A DNA stretch of 63,906 nucleotides, the filler included, from Phoronis australis (Eukaryota > Animalia > Phoronida): assembly GCA_002633005.1 (NCBI GenBank). It is 10 parts of 10 records of this genome, joined end to end, with 100 filler letters (N's around TTAATTAATTAA, not from the genome) between each part and the next. Parts side by side here need not be neighbours in the genome. Positions count along the whole stretch, not along the records: positions 27,252 to 31,828 come from NMRA01002548.1; positions 31,929 to 34,993 come from NMRA01003249.1; positions 35,094 to 38,880 come from NMRA01002180.1; 7 more parts are not named here. One strand, written 5' to 3'. The translations under genes and the position numbers were made by a program. The notes under the pieces were generated by a model. The model saw only the letters and a program-made list of their open reading frames with translations, searched no databases and was not told the origin of the DNA. Positions 27,152 through 38,980 of the stretch are shown here, piece by piece (positions within the stretch are counted from its first letter, which is position 1; each line of letters opens with the position of its first letter).

Positions 27152-29599
27152 NNNNNNNNNNNNNNNNNNNNNNNNNNNNNNNNNNNNNNNNNNNNTTAAT
27201 TAATTAANNNNNNNNNNNNNNNNNNNNNNNNNNNNNNNNNNNNNNNNNNNNAATTTCTTCACGCGGTCCTTTTTTGTCCTTCGTGTAGCAGACTTAAAGG
27301 TTCTATTTGCATGACAGTAGGCGTTACAGACTTTTCAGAGTTTGCACGATTGGCAATCCGATGAGCTTTTCTTGCCTTGTTCTAAGGGATTCAAGTTCTT
27401 TGGCCCACAGCCGCTTATTAAATACCATGGAATGATTCCGATTAACTCGTTAGCATCCTGCATTTCAAGGCAAACAGGACTAATAGGGAAAGACAGGCAC
27501 TGTTGGCATTCGAACCAAGCTTAGGGGATGGTAAGGTGTGTTTGATCGTATCTCTACCTTTTGACCTGTCCGTCATGGGTGGCCCTTCTGGAAGTATAAG
27601 ACTCACGCCAGTATAAATGTAGAGGTCAGAGAGATACACAAGCTGTTCTGCAATGCATACGCCACCAGAACAGTAAAAACATATAAATAAGAATTGTAAT
27701 TTATTCACCTTTCAGAAAATATATGATTTTTCGTGGAAAAACCTAGCAGGATTAAGATAATTGCATGTAAGTACAACCTGGTAAAAAGTTCAAAGCTACC
27801 TTAAAAAGATCGTGGCGAATCTACTGCTTAGGGATACGAACGCGAGTTTTATTCGTTATAAACTTTTCAAGAATTTCTAGAAAAAAAAAACCCGTCAGAT
27901 TAGTGTAGTTTTTGAAAAACAAACGAAATATAAACTTTTTCACCCCAATACAATTTTCAAATTCTCCGCCCCTAATAATACAGACGTGCGCACGTGTTCA
28001 AAGAAGTCGAAATGGCTGCTGCTTGAATACACCATTGTTAAGTTTGCACCAAAGGTCAAAGGTCACATTTTACGTGTAACACACTTAAGCTACGTCTATA
28101 TCTTTCCATATAAAATAATGACACGTGCTTTATCTTGTGAAAATTTTGAAAATAAAAAAATCAAAATGTTTACCAACAAGCCTTGAAAACACCTGGTTTG
28201 ACTTCTGCTGAAGAGGAAGGGAACTACTTTCAACAATAAAATGTAGTCTGTTTTCCATTTTCAATTTCACTTAAATGGAAGACTGGTATTAAAGTAGCTT
28301 AGATCGCGAATTAAGTTATATTATTCAAAGTGAGTTTCCTGACACTGAAGCAGACGTCACGATTCATTTGTAATAAAAAATTTTACTCTCTACTGATGTC
28401 AAAGCATTTTTGGTTCAGTGATAAATTTGAAAAACAACAGCACGTCACTTCGTCAATTTTCTCCCTCAAGGTAAAACAAGCCTAGTAATTTATCATTAGA
28501 GGGAAGACATAACCTTTGACCTTTAATTCAAACAAAACCACAATGACGATTTTAAGCAGCTAACATCGCGACATGAGGCAATTTATGTAAGTAATAATTG
28601 TTTAAAATTAGTTATAAATGTACGTGTACATAATATTGAAATATATTCTAAAATGCACTTTTGAAATGTCTGCTGGGCAATTCTGTAAACGCATATTTAT
28701 TATTTGGGCTGGCGATTTTGAAAACTAGGTTGGTATGAAATACTTAACATTTTTTCTGTGTTTCAACAAACATTGAATCCGATATTTTTATACAAATTTT
28801 TGCAGTATTCAAATGTCTCAAGAAGTACATGTAGATTCGCATCCGTGTGTTTAAAAGATATTTTTACGAGTTTTCATATTCAAGGCCCCTATAGGTGAAC
28901 AACCAAATCATACGGATTTTCTACGTTCAGAAAATGTAATTACACTTTTGTTGAATTTGGTCAACTGTAGAGGCAAGAAGGTCCTACATAACCATATTGT
29001 AAATCCATAAACGTGGCGACCATTGACCTCAACCACCACAGTTATCGTTACCGGTATTTTCGGTAGATAAGCCCACTCGATGAAACGCCCATGTGCATTA
29101 ATTGGGAAACTTATGCGGAATAAACGACCATGGGAGCTTATTTGGTGTTACAACTTCTGGTGTCAAGTGTCCAGATAGTGAGGCGTTTGTTCGGAAAATT
29201 TCCTCTAAAAACCCCCTCAGCGTCAAGTTTTAGCCACAAATTTAGTGGGGCATTTGTCATTTATAAAAAAGAACAAAGTGTGGGCGAACAATGTTTTTCT
29301 TAACTTAAAATCAACAAGCCAAAAATTCGCTGATATTTTCATATCAGCTGAGACTATGACTTTCCCTTTAAACGCGTTTATTTGGTGTTACTGAAACTCC
29401 TGAAAAAATTTGTTTTTGAATACAACGGAAAATCCCGTATTGAATCTCAAATCCAGTACAGTCATAGCACTGAATCACAATCGACAACATTATCCATACT
29501 ATTCTCTCCAGATTACGTAAAATCTTTAATTACAACTTTCAAACACGTCTAAAATTCCACAAAAATAGTCGCGTCCTAACATGGGAATGTCAGTTTTAC

Positions 29600-29746
29600 C
29601 TTTATCTGCATGTCCGCCACATCCGCTGCAGGACCGGTGACACAGTGACTTTACTTCTTCGGAGGACTCGCACTTTCCCATTACTTTAGCGTCCCAGCAT
29701 TTGTCGTCTGAATCTTCATTAACGCATTTGCCCCCAGACACCGTGT
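29600..29746 (-). CDS. ShKT (ShK toxin-like) domain exon
   Basis: CTGTAG acceptor and AAG|GTAAAA donor, 147 nt, phase 1 to 1. Translates (D)TVSGGKCVNEDSDDKCWDAKVMGKCESSEEVKSLCHRSCSGCGGHADK: six Cys ending CxxSCxxC, with GxC. Confidence 0.85.
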
Positions 29747-29987
29747 CTACAGTGTATATACATGTATCAGAGCAACGTCTGAAGTGAAACAAGTAACCTC
29801 CTTCATTTTCGCTTATAAAAAGAGAAGTTTAAGTGCTATGAGTTGTGTGATTCGATAGGCGTGGACGACATATTTTCAATGGACTGTTGACGATTTTATT
29901 AAGAAAAAGGCACATACATGTACAGTTGGCGATGCTAAAGATAAAAAATAAAGCCAAACTCAGTATGTGGCTGACAAGGTAATATCA

Positions 29988-30110
29988 GTATCGCTTACAA
30001 CAGTGTTATCAACTATTCCACAGACACCGGTATCGCTTGCAACAGGGGTATCAACCATTCTACAGACAACGGTATCGCTTGCAAAAGTGTTCTAAACAAT
30101 TCCACAAATC
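29988..30110. repeat. Three 42-bp tandem units
   Basis: GTATCGCTT(A/G)CAA at 29988, 30030 and 30072. Confidence 0.9.
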
Positions 30111-31188
30111 TCTGCTCAAATATGCACATGTGTATTTCTCAAGAAAGTTTATAAAAATTCAAAAGAAAAACCCACAACTGAACGTTCACGAACGTGCCTG
30201 TTTTTGTCCATCAGCGTTAAATAGAAATACATGTACATGCAAAATATTGCAAATGCGGCATTAGGGAAACTCGAATGAAGGAGGGATGACGACGCAGGCA
30301 GCAATACCACAAGGGGCACGAATAACACCAACGACGAAGACGAACCTAAGACTTGTGACAAAGCCGGCGACACTGTCAGCAACATCGACTATGCAAACAT
30401 TGGCACCAAAAGCAATAACGCTGAAGCTGACGGTGACGCCTCCATCAACGCTGATGCACCGACAATGATTTCAAAGCCGGAAATGTTGANCGCGTGGCGC
30501 CGAGCGGGGGGAGGTTGGCAGGGGGGTTTCCCCTCCCGTGTAAGATATTTTTTGTTTTTGTAGCCAAATAGTGAAATTTACATGGATCCTGGTAAGTTTC
30601 TGGCACTTAACATGTCTCTGGAGTTTTTATAAGATAATTAAAAACCCTTCTCGATTTCGTCACATGAACTTGGCTCATAAGTTTCGTGAAACCATATTGT
30701 GCACATCTGGGTATTAGTCACGCCACCAGCAAAAATTTTTTGTTGGAACATCTGCTTACACACACCTTTTTAGCATACGAAAAGTCGTATACGAAAAAGT
30801 GTGGTGTGTATAAAGGGGTTTAGACAATTTCCAAATATTCAAGAGCATAATTAAAGGCGAAGGCAACCTTTTTCCATGTCATTTTGAGCTAAAATAAGGT
30901 TGGTTGGTTATCCTAGACATATTTTCCACTTAATTACAGCTTTTCGTAATTCTATTTATTACTCATCCGCTACTCCGGAAGTGACGTTTTAGGAGGCAAG
31001 CGTTTCCCGCCACTTGATTTTGCATTGACTTTACCGTGCGAATCTGTTCTATTCTACTTTTGTTTTGTGCTGTTTTTCAACAATTGTGGCCATCAATTTC
31101 CATCGGCGAGTATTCTGCTGCAAGATAGGTTAGTGGAGAACTCAACTACGTTGGATTTAGGGATTGTTTAGTGTGTTGTAAGCTGAAA

Positions 31189-31490
31189 ATGGCTGCAGTC
31201 GGTGACCCGTATCACAGTGACAGTAGTGTGAGTGTGCCTCTGGAACAAGTGTCGTCACCACTGCTCCTTAAATTTCACGGACATTCAGTGGGTGGGTACA
31301 TGTTTGAGCCCCAGTATAACGAGGTAGAGTACGCATAGGCACAGGCAGCTGTTGAGAGAAACGAGGCGGCTACTGAGGACAGAAGTGGAGACACATCTTG
31401 GTGCAAATGCACTGTGTGCGTTGTTATGCTTACCTCAATGGAATGCTTGTGGTGTTCAGAGTTCGACGAGGCCAAGTCATTACTGGACAT
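31189..31490 (+). pseudogene. KolX-like accessory gene (P2X7 cytoplasmic-domain-like), N-terminal part
   Basis: MAAVGDPYHSDSS...GGYMFEPQYNEVEYA*AQAAVERNEAATEDRSGDTSWCKCTVCVVMLTSMECLWCSE shows YxFEP plus WCxCxxCxxMxTxxECxxCxE. The in-frame TAG at 31336-38 is CAG in copy 1. Confidence 0.8.
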
Positions 31491-31491
31491 G

Positions 31492-31828
31492 GTTAAGTGG
31501 ACCTCCGGCATACCACGGACAGAGGAACAACAGTCCCACTTGCCAGAGTGTCCCGCGACACACTCCCACTGGATGGTAGCCTGAGCACCCAAACTGCTTA
31601 CATCGTGTCGTGTGACTCCCTGGCGCCTCATACCTGGCACCTTCTGAATAGCTCCAACACTTTAGACAAGTCCACACTAAACTTATCAAAGTTTGGCTCA
31701 CCGATCTGTTCACTGGACGACGAACTGTCCTCCTCACTGGGTTTCGAACTGAGCCTGTAATCACTCCCACTACTCAATATCGCTGCAGGGCTGCTTAGAG
31801 GCTCTGGGCTGGAGAAAACAGCAGAGGG
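31492..31828 (-). pseudogene. Kolobok-type transposase fragment (Zn-binding region)
   Basis: EQIGEPNFDKFSVDLSKVLELFRRCQV, then after a frameshift ATIQWECVAGHSGKWDCCSSVRGMPEVHL. Homologous to 4888-5170. Confidence 0.65.
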
Positions 31829-31928
31829 NNNNNNNNNNNNNNNNNNNNNNNNNNNNNNNNNNNNNNNNNNNNTTAATTAATTAANNNNNNNNNNNNNNNN
31901 NNNNNNNNNNNNNNNNNNNNNNNNNNNN

Positions 31929-32117
31929 ATTCGCACGGTAAAGTCAACGCAAAACCAAGTGGCGGGAAACGCTTGCCTCCTAAAACGTCACTTCCGGAGT
32001 AGCGAACGAGTAAATAATAAAATTACGAAAAGCTGTAATTAAGTGGAAAATATGTCTAGGATAACCAACCAACCTTATTTTAGATCAAAATGACATGGAA
32101 AAAGGTTGCCTTCGCCT
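31929..32117 (-). mobile_element. Terminal ~190 bp of the same Kolobok-type family, inverted relative to copy 2
   Basis: The reverse complement matches 30855-31044 closely. Ends ...AAAAAGGTTGCCTTCGCCT|TTAG. Confidence 0.9.
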
Positions 32118-32777
32118 TTAGAAATAGCTTTGACTAGTTCCCTGTCAAAGTAGAACGACAGCTGTACACCAATCGGATAAGCGCATTTGAAGACAAAATT
32201 TTGAATTCACTCTTTTGGTTTTAGTTATAGTTGGTATCTCCTGTCTCTAAATAAAGTGAAGTCTGGTTCTATAAGGGTCAGTACAGGACACATGCAGCAT
32301 AGATCACATATTAATGATATTGCAGCCCAAGTCCGGTACTCCGTTGATCAGATATTTTACTTCCTTCTTTGTTGAAAGTCTTCTGTTCTGCTGGTACACT
32401 GCTGAATCAGTCGTGATCAATAGACTCAAAAACTCATACAGAGCCTGAAGGCGGTGGTCTTTTAACATGTTGTCTCTTTTGTGGTAAGTCTCCCTTTAAC
32501 GACTTATACGATGAGAATGCGAAAACTTACGTTAAATGTCACTATGAGCTTATATTTTGAAACTTACATTTACCTGTTTACAATACATCTGAGTTGTTTT
32601 TGGTCTCACACATTTTATAGTCGTTTGCGCGGGGAAACCGATCTGTTTTACTAACACTGGTTTTATTTTGTCTGTTCTTTTATGTTTTTTGATATAACAA
32701 ATTCAAGAAGAATGACTTATGAACTTTAGTAAATTTATTTCAGTTAGCACTATTTCGGTGACGCCACGACCATCGAC

Positions 32778-32987
32778 ATGGAAGAAAATGACCAAAGAAA
32801 ACTGCAGAAAGCAAAAATCCCGATAAAAGAAGATTTAAACCCTGAGGAGTTTGTGGTTGACTTTTTGATGAAAAAATTCATTTTGAGTCACTACGATAGG
32901 GACACAATACACAGCCGCAGAACACGACAAGAACAAGTCGATGAGCTTCTGAATATTTTGCCAAGAAAAGGTCCACATGCATTTACG
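32778..32987 (+). CDS. CARD-domain protein, first coding exon (caspase-, RAIDD- or NLR-type N-terminal CARD)
   Basis: MEENDQRKLQKAKIPIKEDLNPEEFVVDFLMKKFILSHYDRDTIHSRRTRQEQVDELLNILPRKGPHAFT contains the CARD signature LLxILPxKGPxAF. Acceptor TTTATTTCAG ends at 32743; donor ACG|GTAACT at 32988. Confidence 0.9.
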
Positions 32988-33135
32988 GTAACTGCCAACC
33001 TTCCATTCTTTATAAGTATGGATGCAAAGTGTCAGTACGGATAGAAGACAGTCTTTGATAAGTAGTCAGCGTCCCATCCTCCACCCTCCCTCCCTCCCTT
33101 TCCCCGGCCTTCCCCCTTCCTCCTTCACTGCCATT

Positions 33136-34060
33136 NNNNNNNNNNNNNNNNNNNNNNNNNNNNNNNNNNNNNNNNNNNNNNNNNNNNNNNNNNNNNNNNN
33201 NNNNNNNNNNNNNNNNNNNNNNNNNNNNNNNNNNNNNNNNNNNNNNNNNNNNNNNNNNNNNNNNNNNNNNNNNNNNNNNNNNNNNNNNNNNNNNNNNNNN
33301 NNNNNNNNNNNNNNNNNNNNNNNNNNNNNNNNNNNNNNNNNNNNNNNNNNNNNNNNNNNNNNNNNNNNNNNNNNNNNNNNNNNNNNNNNNNNNNNNNNNN
33401 NNNNNNNNNNNNNNNNNNNNNNNNNNNNNNNNNNNNNNNNNNNNNNNNNNNNNNNNNNNNNNNNNNNNNNNNNNNNNNNNNNNNNNNNNNNNNNNNNNNN
33501 NNNNNNNNNNNNNNNNNNNNNNNNNNNNNNNNNNNNNNNNNNNNNNNNNNNNNNNNNNNNNNNNNNNNNNNNNNNNNNNNNNNNNNNNNNNNNNNNNNNN
33601 NNNNNNNNNNNNNNNNNNNNNNNNNNNNNNNNNNNNNNNNNNNNNNNNNNNNNNNNNNNNNNNNNNNNNNNNNNNNNNNNNNNNNNNNNNNNNNNNNNNN
33701 NNNNNNNNNNNNNNNNNNNNNNNNNNNNNNNNNNNNNNNNNNNNNNNNNNNNNNNNNNNNNNNNNNNNNNNNNNNNNNNNNNNNNNNNNNNNNNNNNNNN
33801 NNNNNNNNNNNNNNNNNNNNNNNNNNNNNNNNNNNNNNNNNNNNNNNNNNNNNNNNNNNNNNNNNNNNNNNNNNNNNNNNNNNNNNNNNNNNNNNNNNNN
33901 NNNNNNNNNNNNNNNNNNNNNNNNNNNNNNNNNNNNNNNNNNNNNNNNNNNNNNNNNNNNNNNNNNNNNNNNNNNNNNNNNNNNNNNNNNNNNNNNNNNN
34001 NNNNNNNNNNNNNNNNNNNNNNNNNNNNNNNNNNNNNNNNNNNNNNNNNNNNNNNNNNNN
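33136..34060. other. Scaffold gap (925 N, no linker)
   Basis: Uninterrupted N run. A second unlinked gap of 60 N lies at 40799-40858. Confidence 0.98.
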
Positions 34061-35170
34061 AAAAAATAAAAAGCACAGCATTCATGTGCATAGCGGCCAT
34101 ACTTTGAAAACAGGCACAAATTAAAATATAGGGTTACGTACACTACACAAATGCTAATAATTCACTCAAAACAAATGTGTTCGCAATAAACACCCTTTTG
34201 ACTTAACATTTTCAAGAAAGGGAACTGTGTATGACCAATGTTGCTCGCTTAACAAGTGAAATTTTAATTTCATGGCATTTGTAAACATGGGGGTACGTAC
34301 TCTACAATAGTATATGCGTACTCAACATCACTGTTTCTGCATCACATTGTAACGTAGTGTTGTATGGTCATTTATTTTTCTTTGATGATAATAAGCACCA
34401 CGTTGCTAATTAAAAGGCAATATATTCATTTGCAATGACCATTTGTGTTACTGAATTCCACATGGGGGTACGCAAACTACATTTTTTTAGCCTTTGTGGT
34501 CCATTTTCAGCCTAGCAGAACCCCGTCAATAGACATTGAATAATTTGCTGTGTTGCCTAGGCTAACATATTCTGCAGTTCTTTTTATTACAGAGTGTGAA
34601 CTTTGGTTTTTAACCTTCTTAACAGTAGGTGAGGGTTAGAAACATATAATTTACAAATTTAGGAACGAGTGCATGTTTTATGATGAACCCTACCATTTCT
34701 TAACGATTAAGCACAACTTCATCTAATTGATTCTGAAAATGACTCAAGTTATTCCCAGTCATATCTAAGCAGTTGCTTATTTGATGAAATAAATTTCTTT
34801 TCTACTGTTGACAGTTGAAAATTGTATTTTTAAAATGGCCACTCGTAACACTAAAAGTGCATGAAATTCAAAAAACATGCATCAATTTCTCAAACATTGT
34901 CCGATTTTGATTGTTCTTTTTTAATTTGCACAACTAAATAACTCTTTGCATATGATATTCAGTTGGCATTTGGTAAGTGAGCAAAAAATATTTNNNNNNN
35001 NNNNNNNNNNNNNNNNNNNNNNNNNNNNNNNNNNNNNTTAATTAATTAANNNNNNNNNNNNNNNNNNNNNNNNNNNNNNNNNNNNNNNNNNNNGATGCTG
35101 AGCTTGCTGATCTTGCCACAAAACAAAACAAAACAAAACACAAAAAAGACAAACAATTAGTTAAAATTAC

Positions 35171-35839
35171 CAAAACTGAATTATACGCTTCAGCGATTGT
35201 TCTTTCAATATCGAGATAATCTTGCTGGATTTCACGAAGTCTCGCATCTGATAACTCGTTTGTTCGCATGGCTAACTCGATCTCCGAGTCACAAGACTGG
35301 TCATGGCAAGACACAGACATCGTGGAGCAGTTGTCAGAAATTTCCTCGTAGATATGGTCAGAGAGAACCTGGACATAGTTATCTTCTCTACCACCAGGGA
35401 TATCATCATTGCCAACAGGAGGCAGTGCCGTTAGACGTTGATAGTCAGCAGTACAAAATGAGTAAGTCAATGCCCGGACAGGAATATGAGTGGTAACATC
35501 TTCTTCCTGTTTTTCAGAGTCCTTTTCTCCAGTTTGGATAATTGTTTCTGTTTCAAAATCCCTTTCTTGATCTCCAGAGCAATAATAATTTTTGGACACC
35601 GCTGCACGTGAGCACGATTTACCTCGAAATCTATCCCAGAATCTCGCTATACTTGACAACCGTTTGCCCATAAACGCAAAGGATTTAGGGACACCTCTGC
35701 AAGCCATGATTTCACCAGGCGATTCCAACTCATGTGAACACGACCATAGTGAGGTAGAGGCATTAACAGCCCCCGCTGTGCCGTAACTATGGCAACTGTT
35801 GTTGTTACGCAAACCATGCCTAGAGTGCCAATTTATAGT
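35171..35839 (-). CDS. Large internal exon (223 codons) of an unidentified protein
   Basis: Pyrimidine-rich acceptor ...TTTGTCCAAACAG, phase 0, open for 669 nt (TINWHSRHG...DHIYEEISD...AYNSVL), candidate donor TTG|GTAATT. In frame with the exon at 36202-36371. Confidence 0.6.
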
Positions 35840-36201
35840 CTGTTTGGACAAATCAAACAAAAGAAATGGAAGAAAGACTGTGGAAAAGTTGACAGAATTT
35901 ATCAACAGAAATGTAGCACACAGAAACTAAATGATAATCTCGCAAAAGAATGCAACAGTAGATAATATTAATGTTTCAAAATACACACCTTAATAAATCT
36001 GTATTAAGTAGAATATTCTAAAAATGAGGCCCACATAAATTTGCGTTGTGCCCATTGGGACACAGTGTCAAACTAATCGTAACTCAGCCGTAAATCTAAC
36101 ACACTACAGGCATGAATTTTTCTTTAATGTTTTCAGCTTCCAAACAAAAGAGGATTTGATTGATTCCAATTATTTTTCCAAATCTGTCCAAAACATTTTA
36201 C

Positions 36202-36371
36202 CTTGAGATCTAACGGTGGTCGTTTGTTGTCCTTGGCAACTGAGGTGTTTGTCACAACTGAGGTACCATTAGGTGTGTGACGGCCAGGTGTGCTAGGCAC
36301 GGATGATGCAGGTGCTGAGTCATCAACATCGTCATCATCTTTCCTGCGTCGGCGACGTGACCTTCTGTCAT
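36202..36371 (-). CDS. Exon of the same unidentified protein (basic/acidic, S/T/P-rich)
   Basis: TTTGCTTTAG acceptor and AAG|GTAAAA donor, 170 nt, phase 1 to 0. Translates xDRRSRRRRRKDDDDVDDSAPASSVPSTPGRHTPNGTSVVTNTSVAKDNKRPPLDLK. Confidence 0.7.
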
Positions 36372-36920
36372 CTAAAGCAAAGTTTCATTAAGACTATGAC
36401 CTATTATGTCGAACCTCACAAGCAATTTTTTTCCACACCAAGTGAAGAGAAGTTTACCATGAAGGTCCGTTGGAAGATAAAGACTATTAAGGGGTTACAG
36501 GCATATTCAGCTTTCCTCTCTTTCTCTCTCAAACTGAAATTCATCCTAGGCAACACACATTTCACTATTTCGAACTTGGCAGTTTCATTATATTTGACCA
36601 TCCCAGTGTCACCCCTGATGACACAAATTATCGTGCCCAACCCTAGATTCATGCAACCTGCAATTCTGTTTCAGAGGAGATCCAGTTACGGATTAAAAAC
36701 CAGAGGACTGGCAAGGTGTTTTGGTACAGTAAAAATTCTCATATTTGGGACAGTAAGTCTCTAGAATTTGGGACACTCATAATACCGCAGAAATTGAATG
36801 TTTCTTGATTCTAGAATTAAGGACAAGGTTGTAGGTTCCAACACCACTAGGATTGAAATTTTTGACTAAGCACAGTAATCTGTAAACATTCATACATGTA
36901 GGTTGGGAAGCAACAACTAT

Positions 36921-38880
36921 TAGTCGGTGGGCCAGATCTCGTAGCGTTCATCCTTGTGAGTACTTTGGGGGGGCAACCTAGTTTTTTCTATGTGGCTAGG
37001 TAATATACCTAGAAATCAAATTCCAAAAAGTTCCCACGTCTACACTTGCACATTTTTTTTAAAAAAGGTGTTTTTGTTGCACAAAATATGATGTACATTC
37101 CTGCCACTTGATGGCGCTTTTCTATTGAATTGACCAATCAGAGACCCAGATTGTATTGTTGTGCTTAGTTACTTCAATATGGCTGCTCCCATGGAATGTG
37201 ATGCCTGTATAATTCAAGGTTTATCAAACAGCACAAAATTGTGATGTCAGAGCCTAAAGAAGCTTAGGAAAGATGTATAATTCAAGGCTTATCAAACAGC
37301 ACAAAATTGTGATGTCAGAAGGAAAGCTTCCTGACGAAATCTGATTGACTGTGGAACTCTCTAGATCAGTAGATCAAAAAGCAGAAGAGATGTCACAAAC
37401 GTTTGTGCAGAAAACAGCTGCATGTCCTGGTAGCCCACACAGTATACTGCTGAGTGCTGTAGACTAGAAGAGCAAGTGTTAGACCAGAAAATTGAAAGGA
37501 CATAGAACGGTATGACAACGTTTCAAGGCACCAACAGTAGTACTAAAGCTGAAGTTGCTGAAAGTGATACAGATGTTATCCAAGATTTCCCAAGAAAATC
37601 AATTATACTTCCAAAATCTGAAACGCCCAATTAACCTGAACAAGATAGGAACATTCTGAAACATGAGTGCATAAATTGTTAGCAGGAAAAGTACATTATG
37701 GGCCACATTTCAAGAAAGAGAAAGAAGTATAGCTTTCAAAAACAGGTACGTATTTTTGAAAAATACATATTGGTGTTTCCCATGTGGGTTTCAGTATTAT
37801 CACCAGTTGTTTTTTAACTTGTTCAGCCCCTTGGCTGCCTAGGCCTTAGACAATACTGCTGACCAAGTAGAGTCGATGATCATACCATAGGTACTCCATA
37901 TGCCTGATACTTTTCGGCAAATTATGTTCCTATAAGTTTAGAAATACCGCATAGAGAGATGCCTCTGAGGAGGTCGTTAATGTTTTCATTTGTTCCCAGT
38001 TTAAACAAATACTCCTGCAATCCTGTTTTTCGAACACTCCATTCAGTTGCCACATCTACACTGCTTGTGCTAAGGAATAATCCTATGGCGTTATACACTG
38101 TGGGTGTGATTTTAAAGCACTTTAAGTCAAAAATTTTTGAGAAGATTAAATGGAGTAGATGGTTGCAAACAACATGCCCAAGTGGCCGTCATCCCCTGCC
38201 GTAGTCTCAATTTTTTGTAAACATTAATTACTTAGGTAGGTGCAATGATAATTAAATTTAAGTGCCTAAGTGGCCATCGTCGCCGTCGAAATTTGAGGAC
38301 GATGGAAGCCACTGTCCATTTCGTCAAACGTCGATTACCTTAAAGTGTAAATCGATTGACTATGGTTCGAGCATCTGATTTAAAAAAATTAAATTTCAAT
38401 CACTGCACTGGTATATCACCTGATTTATTTTCAGTTGTGTCAACTGATCTAATTATTGGACGATCAACATTATTAGGCTACAGATCAGACGGCATGTAAA
38501 TTTGTTAGGCTGGTGGTGGATCAGTGCCTGATAAGTCTGAAAAAGTTGCATGCCAACTCACTCATAGTTGAATGTTAAGTTAGTGTTAACAGTTCGGGTT
38601 TTTTTTCAGTTGGACTTGTATCGCAAGCAACAGCTCAGTCCAGAGCCCTGAATATGCAAATGAAATTCAAAGATAAAGACCTTGTGTCTTAGAAGCCAAG
38701 TACCACAGATCATCATGCTATAAAAAATAGAAAGACAACGATTGTGAAGAGTGACGAATTCACAGTTTTCAGAGATGTTTTTCTACAGTTTTGTTTGGAG
38801 TTCATTGAATCGAAGCTTCTAACACAAGGAGATGTCATTTGCCTTTCAAAACTAAAGCAAGACTTTGAAGCTGTTCTTCA
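36921..38880 (+). mobile_element. Decayed large DNA transposon, possibly Academ-type, N-terminal coding remnant
   Basis: Disrupted frames give RNILKHECINC*QEKYIMGHISRKRKK (~37650-37730) and KDKDLV/LEAKYHRSSCYKK (~38670-38727), a DLxxxEAxYHxxCY-type motif. A 46-bp local duplication lies at 37206 and 37274. The left boundary is a guess. Confidence 0.4.
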
Positions 38881-38980
38881 NNNNNNNNNNNNNNNNNNNN
38901 NNNNNNNNNNNNNNNNNNNNNNNNTTAATTAATTAANNNNNNNNNNNNNNNNNNNNNNNNNNNNNNNNNNNNNNNNNNNN

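Larger units (their letters stand above)
30855..31828. mobile_element. Kolobok-type DNA transposon, internally deleted copy 2
   Basis: Starts TTAA|AGGCGAAGGCAACCTTTTT. Carries convergent KolX (+) and transposase (-) stubs and runs into the spacer. Confidence 0.8.

Noticed and set aside
27560-27620. GVSLILPEG as a ZU5 domain start
   Set aside because: The match is short, there are no usable splice sites, and the flanking residues do not fit.
30276-30490. Open frames on both strands (acidic on +, hydrophobic on -), possibly the signal exon of the ShKT gene
   Set aside because: It looks like decayed GAC/AAC triplet-rich sequence, and I found no phase-1 donor linking it to 29746.
32631-32640. 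kB-like GGGGAAACCG upstream of the CARD exon
   Set aside because: A single imperfect match is expected by chance.
33010-34143. Long ORFs of 318-377 aa
   Set aside because: They consist almost entirely of X residues from the N gap.
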